Part shown: positions 1 through 9,537 of the stretch, piece after piece
Layout of the letters: each line of letters begins with the position of its first letter
Position numbering within the stretch: position 1 is the stretch's first letter
From: Anaeromyxobacteraceae bacterium
GTDB lineage: Bacteria; Myxococcota; Myxococcia; Myxococcales; Anaeromyxobacteraceae
Length of the DNA: 64,000 nucleotides
Direction: 5' to 3'
Assembly (NCBI GenBank): GCA_035762305.1
Contig: DASTPH010000096.1
Coordinates: 984 to 64,983, forward strand
Translations under genes and position numbers: made by a program
Notes under the pieces: model-generated
Databases searched by the model: none
Told to the model about the DNA's origin: nothing
Seen by the model: the letters and a program-made list of their open reading frames with translations, nothing else

Positions 1-1102
1 GCTGCCGATGTACTTCCTCATCGGCGTGTGGGGCGGGCCGCGCAAGGAATACGCCGCCATCAAGTTCTTCCTCTACACCCTGGCCGGCTCGGTGCTGATG
101 CTGCTGGCCATCATCGGCCTGTACTACAACAGCCTGCCGGCCCAGCTGGTGGACGGCACCCCCGCCCAGCACACCTTCAACCTGCTGGAGCTGGCGGCCC
201 AGGGACAGGCCGGGGTCTTCAAGAACGCGGCCCCCATCCTGGGCTTCGGCTTCGCCAAGATCGTCTTCATCGGCCTCTTCATCGGCTTCGCCATCAAGAT
301 CCCGATGTTCCCCTTCCACACCTGGTTGCCCGACGCCCACGTCGAGGCCCCCACCCCCATCTCGGTGATCCTGGCCGGTATCCTCCTCAAGATGGGTCCC
401 TACGGCATCCTGCGCTTCAACTACCCCATCCTGCCCGACGCCACCCTCTGGGCCGCCAACGCCATCGCCGTCTTCGGCGTCATCAACATCGTCTACGCCG
501 CCTTCGTGACCCTGGCCCAGAAGGACTTGAAGAAGCTCATCGCCTACTCCTCGGTCTCGCACATGGGCTTCTCGCTCCTGGGCATGGCGGCCTTCACGCC
601 CACCGCCATCTCCGGGGCGGTCTTCAACCTCTTCACCCACGGCCTCATCAGCCCCATGCTCTTCCTCATCGTGGGCGTGATCTACGACCGCGCCCACCAC
701 CGCGAGATCGAGCGCTTCGGGGGGCTGGCCTCGGAGCTCCCCGAGTACACGGGCGTGATGGGGCTGGCCTTCTTCGCCTCGCTGGGCCTGCCCGGGCTGT
801 GCGGCTTCATCGCCGAGTTCATGGTGCTCTCGGGCTCGTTCCCCACCCTCATGACCTACACCATCATCTCGGCCACCGCGGTCATCATCACCGCCGCCTA
901 CTACCTGTGGGCCATCCACCGCATGTTCCTGGGCAAGCTCAACGAGGCCTACCGGGGCTTCCCGGACCTCAACTGGCGCGAGCGCCTCTCGCTCTACCCG
1001 CTGGGAGCGCTGGTGGTGGTGCTCGGCTTCTACCCCCAGGCCATCCTCGACTGGATCAACCCGACGCTGCACGGGCTCATCCGGTCCATCAAGCCGATGT
1101 AG
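1..1102 (+). CDS. nuoM: NADH-quinone oxidoreductase subunit M (complex I), 5' end outside window
   Basis: Frame of ORF 8..1102 is open to the window edge. Motifs MYFLIGVWGGPRKEYAAIKFFLYTLAGS and FHTWLPDAHVEAPTP. Polytopic antiporter-like membrane protein, followed directly by nuoN. Confidence 0.9.
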   Translation, partial: LPMYFLIGVWGGPRKEYAAIKFFLYTLAGSVLMLLAIIGLYYNSLPAQLVDGTPAQHTFNLLELAAQGQAGVFKNAAPILGFGFAKIVFIGLFIGFAIKIPMFPFHTWLPDAHVEAPTPISVILAGILLKMGPYGILRFNYPILPDATLWAANAIAVFGVINIVYAAFVTLAQKDLKKLIAYSSVSHMGFSLLGMAAFTPTAISGAVFNLFTHGLISPMLFLIVGVIYDRAHHREIERFGGLASELPEYTGVMGLAFFASLGLPGLCGFIAEFMVLSGSFPTLMTYTIISATAVIITAAYYLWAIHRMFLGKLNEAYRGFPDLNWRERLSLYPLGALVVVLGFYPQAILDWINPTLHGLIRSIKPM

Positions 1103-1124
1103 CCCTCAGCGGAGGCCCCTCGAA

Positions 1125-2657
1125 ATGGAACTCCAGGCGCACCTCATCGCGGAGAACCTCCGCTCGGCGGGCTGGTTCCGCCCCGAGCTCTGCCTGACCT
1201 TCGGCAGCCTCGCCGTCTTCGTGCTCGACCTCTTCTGGAGGAGGAGCCCGGCGCGGGTGGCCCTGCTCACCCTGGCCACCCTGGCGGTGCTGGCGCTGGC
1301 CGCGGCGTTCCTCTGGGTCCAGCCCGCCACGCCCCAGACCCTCTTCAACGGACTTTTGGCCAACGACGCCTTCGCCAACTTCTTCAAGTGGCTCTTCCTG
1401 GCGGCGGCGGCCCTGACGGTGCTCATCGCCTCGCAGGGGCGGGACTTTCCGCCGGTGCGCATCGGGGAGTTCTACGCCCTGCTGCTGGCCATTGCGCTGG
1501 GCATGTTCCTCATGGCCAGCGCCACCGACCTGCTCACCATGTACATGTCCATCGAGCTGGTCTCGATGGTGAGCTACGTCCTCTCCGGCTACCGCAAGGG
1601 GGACCGCAAGGCCTCCGAGGCCTCGCTCAAGTACGTCATCTACGGCGGGGTGGCCTCCGGGGTGATGGTCTTCGGGATGAGCTGGCTCTACGGCCTGCTC
1701 GGCACCACCAGCGTGCTGGAGTACGCCCAGCGGCTCTCGGCGCTGCCCCAGGGCGGCGCGGTCCGGGTGGCGCTGGTGCTGGCGGTGGTCTTCGTCTCCG
1801 CCGGCGTGGGCTACAAGGTCGCGGCCGTCCCCTGGCACATGTGGTGCCCCGACGTCTACGAAGGGGCGCCCACCCCCTTCACCGCCTTCCTCTCGGTGGG
1901 CCCCAAGGCCGCCGGCTTCGCCCTGGCCTTGCGCTTCTTCTGGGGCGCCCTGGCCGGTCCGGCCGCGGCCAACGGCTTCGCCGAGGCGGTGGGCGGCATC
2001 CCCTGGCCGGCGGTGATCGGGGTCCTGGCCGCCGCCACCATGACGCTGGGGAACCTCACCGCCATCGTCCAGACCAACTTGAAGCGCCTGCTGGCCTATT
2101 CCTCCATCGCCCACGCCGGCTACATGCTCATGGGGCTCGCCGCCGTCTCGGCCACGGGCACCCAGGGCGTGATGGTCTACATGCTGGTGTATCTGGTGAT
2201 GAACGTGGGGGCCTTCCTGGTGGTGATCCTGGTGGCCCAGTCCACCGGGTCGGAGTCGATCCTCGACTACCGCGGCCTGGGGCAGCGCCAGCCGCTGGCG
2301 GCGATCACCTTCGCCATCTTCCTCTTCTCCCTGACCGGCCTCCCCCCCTTCGCCGGCTTCGCCGGGAAGTACTACCTGTTCCTGGCGGTGATCGAGCGGG
2401 TCCCGGGCCCGGGCGGCTTCTGGTACGCGGTGCTGGCGCTGGTGGCCGCCCTGAACACCGCGGTGTCGCTCTACTACTACGCGCGCATCGTGCGGGCCAT
2501 GTTCCTGGAGGCGCCCTTCACCGAGGAGCGGGTGGCCTCGCCGTGGAGCTACCAGGTGATGCTGGCCGGTTTCTCGGTGCTGATCCTGGTCTTCGGGATC
2601 TGGTGGGCCCCGTTCGTCGACTGGACCCAGGCCTCGCTGACGCTCTTCCGGGGCTGA
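1125..2657 (+). CDS. nuoN: NADH-quinone oxidoreductase subunit N (complex I)
   Basis: 510-aa polytopic protein. Motifs WHMWCPDVYEGAPTP and LKRLLAYSSIAHAGY are typical of NuoN/ND2. Starts 22 nt after the nuoM stop. Confidence 0.9.
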   Translation: MELQAHLIAENLRSAGWFRPELCLTFGSLAVFVLDLFWRRSPARVALLTLATLAVLALAAAFLWVQPATPQTLFNGLLANDAFANFFKWLFLAAAALTVLIASQGRDFPPVRIGEFYALLLAIALGMFLMASATDLLTMYMSIELVSMVSYVLSGYRKGDRKASEASLKYVIYGGVASGVMVFGMSWLYGLLGTTSVLEYAQRLSALPQGGAVRVALVLAVVFVSAGVGYKVAAVPWHMWCPDVYEGAPTPFTAFLSVGPKAAGFALALRFFWGALAGPAAANGFAEAVGGIPWPAVIGVLAAATMTLGNLTAIVQTNLKRLLAYSSIAHAGYMLMGLAAVSATGTQGVMVYMLVYLVMNVGAFLVVILVAQSTGSESILDYRGLGQRQPLAAITFAIFLFSLTGLPPFAGFAGKYYLFLAVIERVPGPGGFWYAVLALVAALNTAVSLYYYARIVRAMFLEAPFTEERVASPWSYQVMLAGFSVLILVFGIWWAPFVDWTQASLTLFRG

Positions 2658-2660
2658 GCG

Positions 2661-3225
2661 TCGCCCCGGGCCTCCCCCTCCGGCACGTCCTCGCGCCGAG
2701 CATGGCGCTCTCGGCCGCGACGCGCGACCTCGATCCTCGCGGCGCGCCGGCGAGAGGCGTGCACTGTCCCGAGCTATTCTGGAGACGTTTCAGGCGCGTG
2801 CTCGCCGTCGCGCACCGCCGGGTGCGTGGCGTGTCGCGGCGGCGCGGTGCGCGATTGCGGCGCTGCGGATTGTGCCGTCGGGGGAGGCCCGAGGCTCCTA
2901 GCGAAGGTTCGATCTGCAGGCGACCTGCGCCGAACGATCGGCGGCCCGGTCTCGCCAGAGGCCGCCTCCGCAGCGCCGCACCCGGGTCCGGCGGTGGCCG
3001 CGCGGCGCCGCGAGCGCCAGGGTCGCGCGGCGAAGCCTGTCCGAGCCTCCGCGCCGCGAAGCGAAGCGCGGAGGCGAGTTCTGCAGCCGCGCTGTGCGCT
3101 CCCTGGTCGCGCCGCGCGGCCAAGGGTAACGCGCCCGGCGCGAGGACAGCGGCCGAGGGCGAGACCGGGCCGCCGGACCCCGCCACGACGGGACAGGACG
3201 TGCCGGAGGGGGAGGCCCGAGGCGA
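2661..3225. repeat. 565-bp non-coding block bounded by 30-bp inverted repeats, directly after nuoN
   Basis: tcgccccgggcctccccctccggcacgtcc (2661-2690) is complementary to 3196-3225 at 29 of 30 positions. This also shows as GLPLRHVL in track ORFs on both strands. Confidence 0.8.
2941..3174. repeat. IR-bounded ~235-bp intergenic repeat, copy A (opposite orientation, diverged interior)
   Basis: gcggcccggtctcg (2941-2954) and cgagaccgggccgcc (3160-3174). The ends (cccggtctcg..gaggccgcctccgcagcg ... ccctggtcgcg) align to the reverse complement of copy B. Confidence 0.6.
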
Positions 3226-3267
3226 CCCGAGGCGCCGGCCGGAGGCGAGACCGGGCCGCCGTGGGCC

Positions 3268-4101
3268 TCACGCCCGGCGCGCCTCCAGCCGCTCCAGGTC
3301 CTCGGCCGCCATCTCGGCGCTCCCCAGGAAGCGGTTCGGCGAGACCGCCTCCCCGTGGTAGTCGGTCCCGGCGGTGGGCACCAGGTCCAGCTCCTGGCAC
3401 AGGCGTCGGTACTTGTCGCGCACCGAGGGGTTGTGATCGGGGTGGCCCACCTCCAGGCCGGCCAGGCCGGCCTGGCGCAGCCGCAGCAGGTCGCCGCGCT
3501 CCACGCCCGAGTTGCCCGGATGGGCGACGGTGGCCACGCCGCCCGCTCCGCCGATGAAGCGGATCGACTCCTCGGCCTCGAGCCGGAAGCGCGGCACGTA
3601 GGCCGGCCGGCCCTCGCCCAGGTAGAGGTCGAAGGCCTCCTTCACCGTGGACGCGGCCCCGGCCTCCACCAGGGCCCGCGCCACGTGGGGCCGGCCGATG
3701 GTCTTGCCGCCGCTCCACCGGACGATGTCGTCCTCGCCGATGGCGATCCCCAGCGCCGCCAGGCGGGAGACGATCTCGCCCATGCGCACCCGCCGCCGCT
3801 CGGCCAGGAAGTCCTCGAAGCGCCCCAGCGAGGGATGGGCCGGGTCGACGAAGTGGCCCAGCACGTGGATCTCCCGCTGCCCCAGGTACACCGACAGCTC
3901 GATGCCCGGCACGAAGCGCACCCCCAGGCGCCCCGCCGCCTCGGCCCCCTCCGCCTGGCCCGCCACCGTGTCGTGGTCGGTGAGCGACCAGACGCGGGTG
4001 CCGGCCGACGCCGCCCTGGCCGCTACCTCGCCTGGCCGGTACTCGCCGTCCGACGCCAGGGAGTGGGTGTGGAGATCGATGAAGCCGTCGCCCCCTGCCA
4101 T
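3268..4101 (-). CDS. PHP-domain metal-dependent phosphoesterase
   Basis: MAGGDGFIDLHTHSLASDGEY plus later His/Asp motifs (HVLGHF, TVAHPG, TDYHG). Start set at ATG 4101; the longer ORF start at 4185 would overlap the divergent Rrf2 gene. Confidence 0.8.
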   Translation of the reverse strand: MAGGDGFIDLHTHSLASDGEYRPGEVAARAASAGTRVWSLTDHDTVAGQAEGAEAAGRLGVRFVPGIELSVYLGQREIHVLGHFVDPAHPSLGRFEDFLAERRRVRMGEIVSRLAALGIAIGEDDIVRWSGGKTIGRPHVARALVEAGAASTVKEAFDLYLGEGRPAYVPRFRLEAEESIRFIGGAGGVATVAHPGNSGVERGDLLRLRQAGLAGLEVGHPDHNPSVRDKYRRLCQELDLVPTAGTDYHGEAVSPNRFLGSAEMAAEDLERLEARRA

Positions 4102-4176
4102 TAGGATCCTCTCGGCTGTGGTATCATATCCAAATCCTTTGGCGGTCCGCGGCGTTAGGGGATAGGGAGCCGGTGA

Positions 4177-4635
4177 ATGCAGCACGTCCTGCGCATCTCA
4201 CGGAAGATCGACTACGGCCTCAGGGCGATGATCTATCTCTCCTCCCTGCCTTCCGGCTCGGTCGTACCCTTCCGGGAGATCGCGCGAGAGATGGAGGTCC
4301 CGGAGGACTTCCTGGCCAAGATTCTCAAGACGCTGGTGGACCAGGGATTGGTCAAGTCCGCCCGGGGCCCGCACGGCGGCTACGCCCTCGGCCGCAGCCC
4401 CGGCGAGATCAGCTTCCTCGACGTCATCGAGGCGGTCGAGGGGCCGGTGGCCCTGAACGTGTGCCTCGACGGCGACGACGCCTGCGGCCGCTCCGGCACC
4501 TGCACCATGGTCTCGGTGTGGAAGGCGGGCCAGGAGCGGATGCTGGACGTCTACCGGCAGGCCAAGCTCTCCGAGCTCGCGCCCCGGCCGGACGGCACGG
4601 ACCGCCCCCTCATCCAGCTGGGCGCGCGATCGTAA
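4177..4635 (+). CDS. Rrf2-family transcriptional regulator (probable Fe-S sensing)
   Basis: N-terminal winged helix MQHVLRISRKIDYGLRAMIYLS. Cys triad CLDGDDACGRSGTC (C-x6-C-x5-C). Confidence 0.85.
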   Translation: MQHVLRISRKIDYGLRAMIYLSSLPSGSVVPFREIAREMEVPEDFLAKILKTLVDQGLVKSARGPHGGYALGRSPGEISFLDVIEAVEGPVALNVCLDGDDACGRSGTCTMVSVWKAGQERMLDVYRQAKLSELAPRPDGTDRPLIQLGARS

Positions 4636-4684
4636 CCCATCGGCCGTTGACGCTCCGGGAGCGCCGGTCTACCGTGCGCTCCCC

Positions 4685-5827
4685 ATGGCTCCCTCCCCCA
4701 AGCAGCTGCGCAGGCGCTACCTGTCGCGCCCGCCGGTCGAGCCCATGCGGCTCCGGCCGGGCATGAGCGTGGTGGACCTGGTCGACGTCTACCGCCGCGC
4801 CGGCGCCTTCAACGGCGGACGCCTGGCGGAGGGCTGCGATCTCTTCGGCCGCATGATCGACCAGGGCGCCACCATCGCCCTCACCGTCACCGGGGCCATG
4901 GCCCCGGCCGGCATGGGCGGCGCCATCCAGGCCATGATCGAGGCCGGCTTCGTGGACCTGGTGGTCGCCACCGGCGCCAACCTGTATCACGACCTCCACT
5001 TCGCCCTGAAGCTGCCGGTGGTGCAGGGGCACTTCAACGTCGACGACCGCGAGCTGTACCGCGCCGGCATCGAGCGCATCTACGACGTGTTCATCACCGA
5101 GGACTCGCTGCTCGACACCGACGCCTTCGTGCGCGAGGCCCTGGAGAAGGCTCCGCCCCACCTGCGCGGCCACACCTCCACTCCTCGGCTGCACCACTAC
5201 CTGGGGCACCTGGTGCTGCAGGGCGCGCCTCGCCCGGAGCTGAGCTGGGTGGCCACCGCCGCCCGCTACGACGTGCCGGTGTTCACCTCCTCGCCCGGCG
5301 ACAGCTCCATCGGCATGAACGTGGCCGCCATGAAGCTGCGCGGCGGCACCACCACCGTCGATCCCGACCTCGACGTGCTCGAGTCCACCGCCATCGTGTA
5401 CGACGCCAAGCTGAACGGGGTGGTGATCCTGGGCGGCGGCTCTCCCAAGAACTTCTACCTCCAGACCCAGCCCACCCTGTGGCAGATCCTGGACCTGAAC
5501 CGCGGCGGCCACGAGTACGTGCTGCAGATCTCCACCGACCCGCCGCACTGGGGCGGCCTCTCCGGCGCCACCCCCTCCGAGGCCATCAGCTGGGGCAAGG
5601 TGCAGGCCAACCTGCTCAGGAACCAGGTGGTGGTCTACTCCGACGCCACCGTAGCCGCGCCCCTCGTCTTCGCCTACGCCCTGGCCACCCGCAAGAAGCG
5701 CCAGCCGCGGCGGCTCTTCCGGCGCCTCGACCAGATGTACCAGGCGCTGCGCAGGGCCCACGCCCGCAAGCACCCCGGCTCCGGCGCCATGCCCGAGGTG
5801 AAGGCCGCCGCGAAGACCAGGGCCTAG
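4685..5827 (+). CDS. Deoxyhypusine synthase-family protein
   Basis: 380 aa. DHS-type Rossmann segments TVTGAMAPAGMGG, VATGANLYHD, ILGGGSPKNF. Confidence 0.75.
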   Translation: MAPSPKQLRRRYLSRPPVEPMRLRPGMSVVDLVDVYRRAGAFNGGRLAEGCDLFGRMIDQGATIALTVTGAMAPAGMGGAIQAMIEAGFVDLVVATGANLYHDLHFALKLPVVQGHFNVDDRELYRAGIERIYDVFITEDSLLDTDAFVREALEKAPPHLRGHTSTPRLHHYLGHLVLQGAPRPELSWVATAARYDVPVFTSSPGDSSIGMNVAAMKLRGGTTTVDPDLDVLESTAIVYDAKLNGVVILGGGSPKNFYLQTQPTLWQILDLNRGGHEYVLQISTDPPHWGGLSGATPSEAISWGKVQANLLRNQVVVYSDATVAAPLVFAYALATRKKRQPRRLFRRLDQMYQALRRAHARKHPGSGAMPEVKAAAKTRA

Positions 5828-5884
5828 GGCCCGGGCTTGCCGGGCCCGGAGGACGGAGGCGCGGTTGCGGCGCCCGGTGCCACC

Positions 5885-7522
5885 ATGAACGACCACGGCC
5901 CGCCGTCGCTCCGGTCGACCAACGTCGCCAAGCTCTCCGCCGCGCCCTTCGACGTCCTGGTGCTGGGCGGCGGCATCAACGGCGCCGTTTCCGCCGCCGC
6001 CCTCTCGGCTCGCGGCGCCAGGGTGGCGCTCGTCGATCGCGGAGACTTCGCGGGCGCGACCTCGCAGGGCTCGTCCAACCTGGCCTGGGGCGGCATCAAG
6101 TACCTGGAATCGCTCGAGCTCGGGTTGGTGTGGAGGCTGTGCCGGGCGCGCAACCGCCTCATCCGCGCCTACCCGTCGACGGTGAAGGAGATCCGCTTCT
6201 ACGCCGCGCACCCGCGCGGCTTCCGGCATGGGCGCTGGAAGGTCCTGGCCGGGGCCTGGCTCTACTGGGCCATGGGAGGCTTCTTCACGCGCCGCCCGCG
6301 CCTCCTCTCGCCGGAAGACATCCGGCGAGAGGAGCCCATCATCGAGACCGAGGGCCTGGACGGCGGCTTCGAGTACTCGGACGCGTACCTGCACGACAAC
6401 GACGCGCGCTTCGTCTGGGGCTTCGTCCGCTCCGCGTTGGACCATGGTTGCGTGGCCGCCAACTACGTCGAGGCGCTGGCGTCGAGCCGGGAGGGCGGGG
6501 AATGGATCACGCGCGCGCGCGACGTCGCCGGCCGTGGCCTGCTGGCCATCCGCTCGCGCCTGCTCGTCAACGCCTGCGGCCCCTGGGCCGACCAGGTGAA
6601 CGCCCGCGACGCGGTGCGGACCTCGCACCGCCACGTGCTCTCGAAGGGTGTCCACCTCCTGGTGGACCGCCTCACGCCCAGCCGCCGCGTGCTGACCTTC
6701 TTCGCCGACGACGGGCGGCTCTTCTTCGTCATTCCCATGGGCCCCAAAACCTGCATCGGCACCACGGACACGCCCGCCGACCGGCCGGAGGTGGAGGTCC
6801 TGCCGGAGGACCGCCGGTTCGTGCTCGAGAACATCAACAAGCGCCTGTGCCTCCCGCGCCCGCTCGACGAGCGGGACGTCGTCGCCGAGCGCTGTGGGGT
6901 GAGGCCGCTGGCCCTCGAGGCGGGGGGAGACGGCTCGCGGGACTGGATGCAGCTCTCGCGCCGGCACGTCATCGAGACCAGCCCCCGGGAGCGGCGCGTC
7001 ACCATTTTCGGCGGCAAGCTCACCGACTGCCTGAACGTGGGCGAGGAGATCTGCGCCGAGGTCCAGCGCCTCGGGGTGGTGCTCCCCGACGCCGGCAGGG
7101 TCTGGTACGGCGAGCCGCACCCGGCCGTCCGGGACGAGTTCTTCCACCAGGCGCGCCTGATGGGCCTGGACGGGATGACGTCGCCTCAGTCGTCGGAAGC
7201 GCTCTCGACGCGGCTGTGGAGGCGGTACGGGGACCAGGCGCTGGGCATGCTGGAGTCCATCCGGCGCGACCCGCGCATGGCCGAGGTGATCATCGAGACC
7301 AGCGAGTACCTGCGCTGCGAGCTCCACGACGCGGCACGGCGCGAGATGGTGGTCACGCTCGACGATTTCCTCCGGCGCCGTTCCAAGATCGCGCTGGTGG
7401 TCCGGCGCGAGGACATCCGGCGGGCCGCGGGACTGCGCGAGGCCTGCCGCATCCTCTTCGGCGACCAGGCCGACGCCAGGCGGGCGGAGTACTTCTGCGA
7501 GCCAGGGCCGCCGGCGACGTGA
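5885..7522 (+). CDS. glpD: FAD-dependent glycerol-3-phosphate dehydrogenase/oxidase
   Basis: FDVLVLGGGINGAVSAAALSARGARVALVDRGDFAGATSQGSSNLAWGGIKYLE (dinucleotide fold plus GlpD-type signature). ATG 5885 preferred over in-frame TTG 5837. Adjacent to a glycerol-type ABC importer. Confidence 0.8.
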   Translation: MNDHGPPSLRSTNVAKLSAAPFDVLVLGGGINGAVSAAALSARGARVALVDRGDFAGATSQGSSNLAWGGIKYLESLELGLVWRLCRARNRLIRAYPSTVKEIRFYAAHPRGFRHGRWKVLAGAWLYWAMGGFFTRRPRLLSPEDIRREEPIIETEGLDGGFEYSDAYLHDNDARFVWGFVRSALDHGCVAANYVEALASSREGGEWITRARDVAGRGLLAIRSRLLVNACGPWADQVNARDAVRTSHRHVLSKGVHLLVDRLTPSRRVLTFFADDGRLFFVIPMGPKTCIGTTDTPADRPEVEVLPEDRRFVLENINKRLCLPRPLDERDVVAERCGVRPLALEAGGDGSRDWMQLSRRHVIETSPRERRVTIFGGKLTDCLNVGEEICAEVQRLGVVLPDAGRVWYGEPHPAVRDEFFHQARLMGLDGMTSPQSSEALSTRLWRRYGDQALGMLESIRRDPRMAEVIIETSEYLRCELHDAARREMVVTLDDFLRRRSKIALVVRREDIRRAAGLREACRILFGDQADARRAEYFCEPGPPAT

Positions 7523-7690
7523 CGCTGGCCCGACCGGCGCGCCGGGCCCTCCTCCGCGAGCGGCACGGCCCTCTCGGGGCTGGCCCTTGCCGGGGGTATC
7601 TGACTATGGGAGGGTGCCGCCCCAAGGCCATATCTCACCGACGGTGACTTCGGGCGTCGCGTACCGTTCGAAACCACGAAAGGGCAAGAC

Positions 7691-9433
7691 ATGACGAGGC
7701 TCCAGACCATGCGGATCGGCGTGGCCCTTCTCCTGGCGGCGCTCGGGGTGGCCGGCCGCGCCGACACGGCGGCGGCGAAGAAGTGGGTCGAGAAGGAGTT
7801 CCAGCCCTCGACCCTCACCAAGGATCAGCAGATGAAGGAGATGGAGTGGTTCATCAAGGCCGCCAAGCCCTTCAAGGGCATGGAGGTCAATGTGCTGTCG
7901 GAGACCATCCCGACGCACGAGTACGAGTCCAAGGTCCTGACCAAGGCCTTCGCGGAGATCACCGGCATCAAGGTCAACCACCAGGTGCTCGGCGAAGGCG
8001 AGGTGGTGCAGGCGGTGCAGACGCAGATGCAGACCAACCGGAACCTGTACGACGCCTACATCAACGACTCGGACCTGATCGGCACCCACTCGCGCCTGCA
8101 GTCGGCGGTCAACCTCACCGACTGGATGGCCGGCGAGGGCAAGGACGTCACCCTGCCGACCCTGGACGTCGACGACTTCATCGGCAAGTCGTTCACCACC
8201 GGACCGGACGGCAAGCTCTGGCAGCTCCCCGATCAGCAGTTCGCCAACCTCTACTGGTTCCGCTACGACTGGTTCAAGCGGCCGGAGCTGCGCAAGGCCT
8301 TCAAGGAGAAGTACGGCTACGAGCTGGGCGTGCCCCTGGACTGGTCGGCCTACGAGGACATCGCCGAGTTCTTCACCAACCAGGTGAAGACCATCGACGG
8401 CGTGCGCGTGTACGGCCACATGGACTACGGCAAGCGCGCGCCGGACCTCGGCTGGCGCATGACCGACGCCTGGCTCTCGATGGCGGGCGCGAGCTCCAAG
8501 GGCCTGCCCAACGGCCGGCCCATCGACGAGTGGGGCATCCGCATGGAGCCGAACTCCTGCAACCCGTCCGGAGCGTCGGTGTCCCGGGGCGGCGAGGCGA
8601 ACGGCCCGGCCTCGGTGTACGCCATCCGCAAGTGGGACGAGTGGCTCCGGAAGTACGCGCCGCCGGGGGCCGCCGACTACGACTTCTACCAGTCCCTGCC
8701 GGCGCTGTCGCAGGGCAACGTGGCCCAGCAGATCTTCTGGTACACGGCCTTCACCGCCAACATGGTCGCCCCCAGGAAAGACGGCAACAACACGGTGGAC
8801 GACAAGGGCACGCCGCTGTGGCGCATGGCGCCGTCGCCCCACGGGCCGTACTGGATCGAGGGCATGAAGCTCGGCTACCAGGACTGCGGCTCGTGGACGC
8901 TGTTCAAGTCCACGCCCCTGGAGCGCCGCAAGGCGGCCTGGCTCTATGCGCAGTTCACGGTGTCGAAGACCACCTCGCTCAAGAAGAGCCACGTGGGCCT
9001 GACCATCATCCGGGATTCCGACATCCGCCACGCCTCGTTCTCCGAGCGCGCCCCCAGGCTCGGGGGCCTGGTCGAGTTCTACCGCTCGCCCGACCGCGTG
9101 CGCTGGACTCCGACGGGCATCAACGTGCCCGACTACCCGAAGCTGGCGCAGCTGTGGTGGCAGAACATCGGCGACGTGAATTCCGGCGCCTTCACCCCGC
9201 AGCAGGCCATGGACCGCCTGGCATCCGAGATGGACGACGTCATGGCGCGCATGCAGGCGGCCGACGAGAAGGCCAAGACCTACAGCGGCTGCGGCCCGCG
9301 GCTGAACCCGAAGAAGGACCCGAGCGAGTGGCTGGGCCGGCCCGACGGTCCGAAGGCCAAGCTGCCCAACGAGAAGCCGCCGGGGAAGACCATCGACTAC
9401 GACGAGCTGGTCAAGCGGTGGGCCGTCAAGTGA
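7691..9433 (+). CDS. ABC transporter substrate-binding protein (large family-1 SBP, glycerol-type importer)
   Basis: Signal peptide MTRLQTMRIGVALLLAALGVAG. 580-aa Lys-rich periplasmic protein, followed by 2 ATPases, 2 permeases and a DUF2160-like gene. Confidence 0.8.
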   Translation: MTRLQTMRIGVALLLAALGVAGRADTAAAKKWVEKEFQPSTLTKDQQMKEMEWFIKAAKPFKGMEVNVLSETIPTHEYESKVLTKAFAEITGIKVNHQVLGEGEVVQAVQTQMQTNRNLYDAYINDSDLIGTHSRLQSAVNLTDWMAGEGKDVTLPTLDVDDFIGKSFTTGPDGKLWQLPDQQFANLYWFRYDWFKRPELRKAFKEKYGYELGVPLDWSAYEDIAEFFTNQVKTIDGVRVYGHMDYGKRAPDLGWRMTDAWLSMAGASSKGLPNGRPIDEWGIRMEPNSCNPSGASVSRGGEANGPASVYAIRKWDEWLRKYAPPGAADYDFYQSLPALSQGNVAQQIFWYTAFTANMVAPRKDGNNTVDDKGTPLWRMAPSPHGPYWIEGMKLGYQDCGSWTLFKSTPLERRKAAWLYAQFTVSKTTSLKKSHVGLTIIRDSDIRHASFSERAPRLGGLVEFYRSPDRVRWTPTGINVPDYPKLAQLWWQNIGDVNSGAFTPQQAMDRLASEMDDVMARMQAADEKAKTYSGCGPRLNPKKDPSEWLGRPDGPKAKLPNEKPPGKTIDYDELVKRWAVK

Positions 9434-9451
9434 CGGGCTGAAGGGCCTGGG

Positions 9452-9479
9452 CGGGCCGGCGGTGCCCGCCGCCGGCCCG
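9452..9479 (+). terminator. GC-rich hairpin after the SBP gene (possible intra-operon attenuator/terminator)
   Basis: Perfect 11-bp stem cgggccggcgg / ccgccggcccg with a 6-nt loop, 19 nt after the SBP stop. Only a short TT tail. Confidence 0.35.
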
Positions 9480-9537
9480 TTCGGCCGCGGGGCGGGGCGG
9501 CCCGCCCGCCCCCCGCCCGGGGCCGGACCCTCGAGCG

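Noticed and set aside
4610-7327. 905-aa minus-strand ORF across the DHS-like and glpD-like genes
   Set aside because: Antisense GC artefact. The plus-strand frames have dinucleotide-fold and family motifs.
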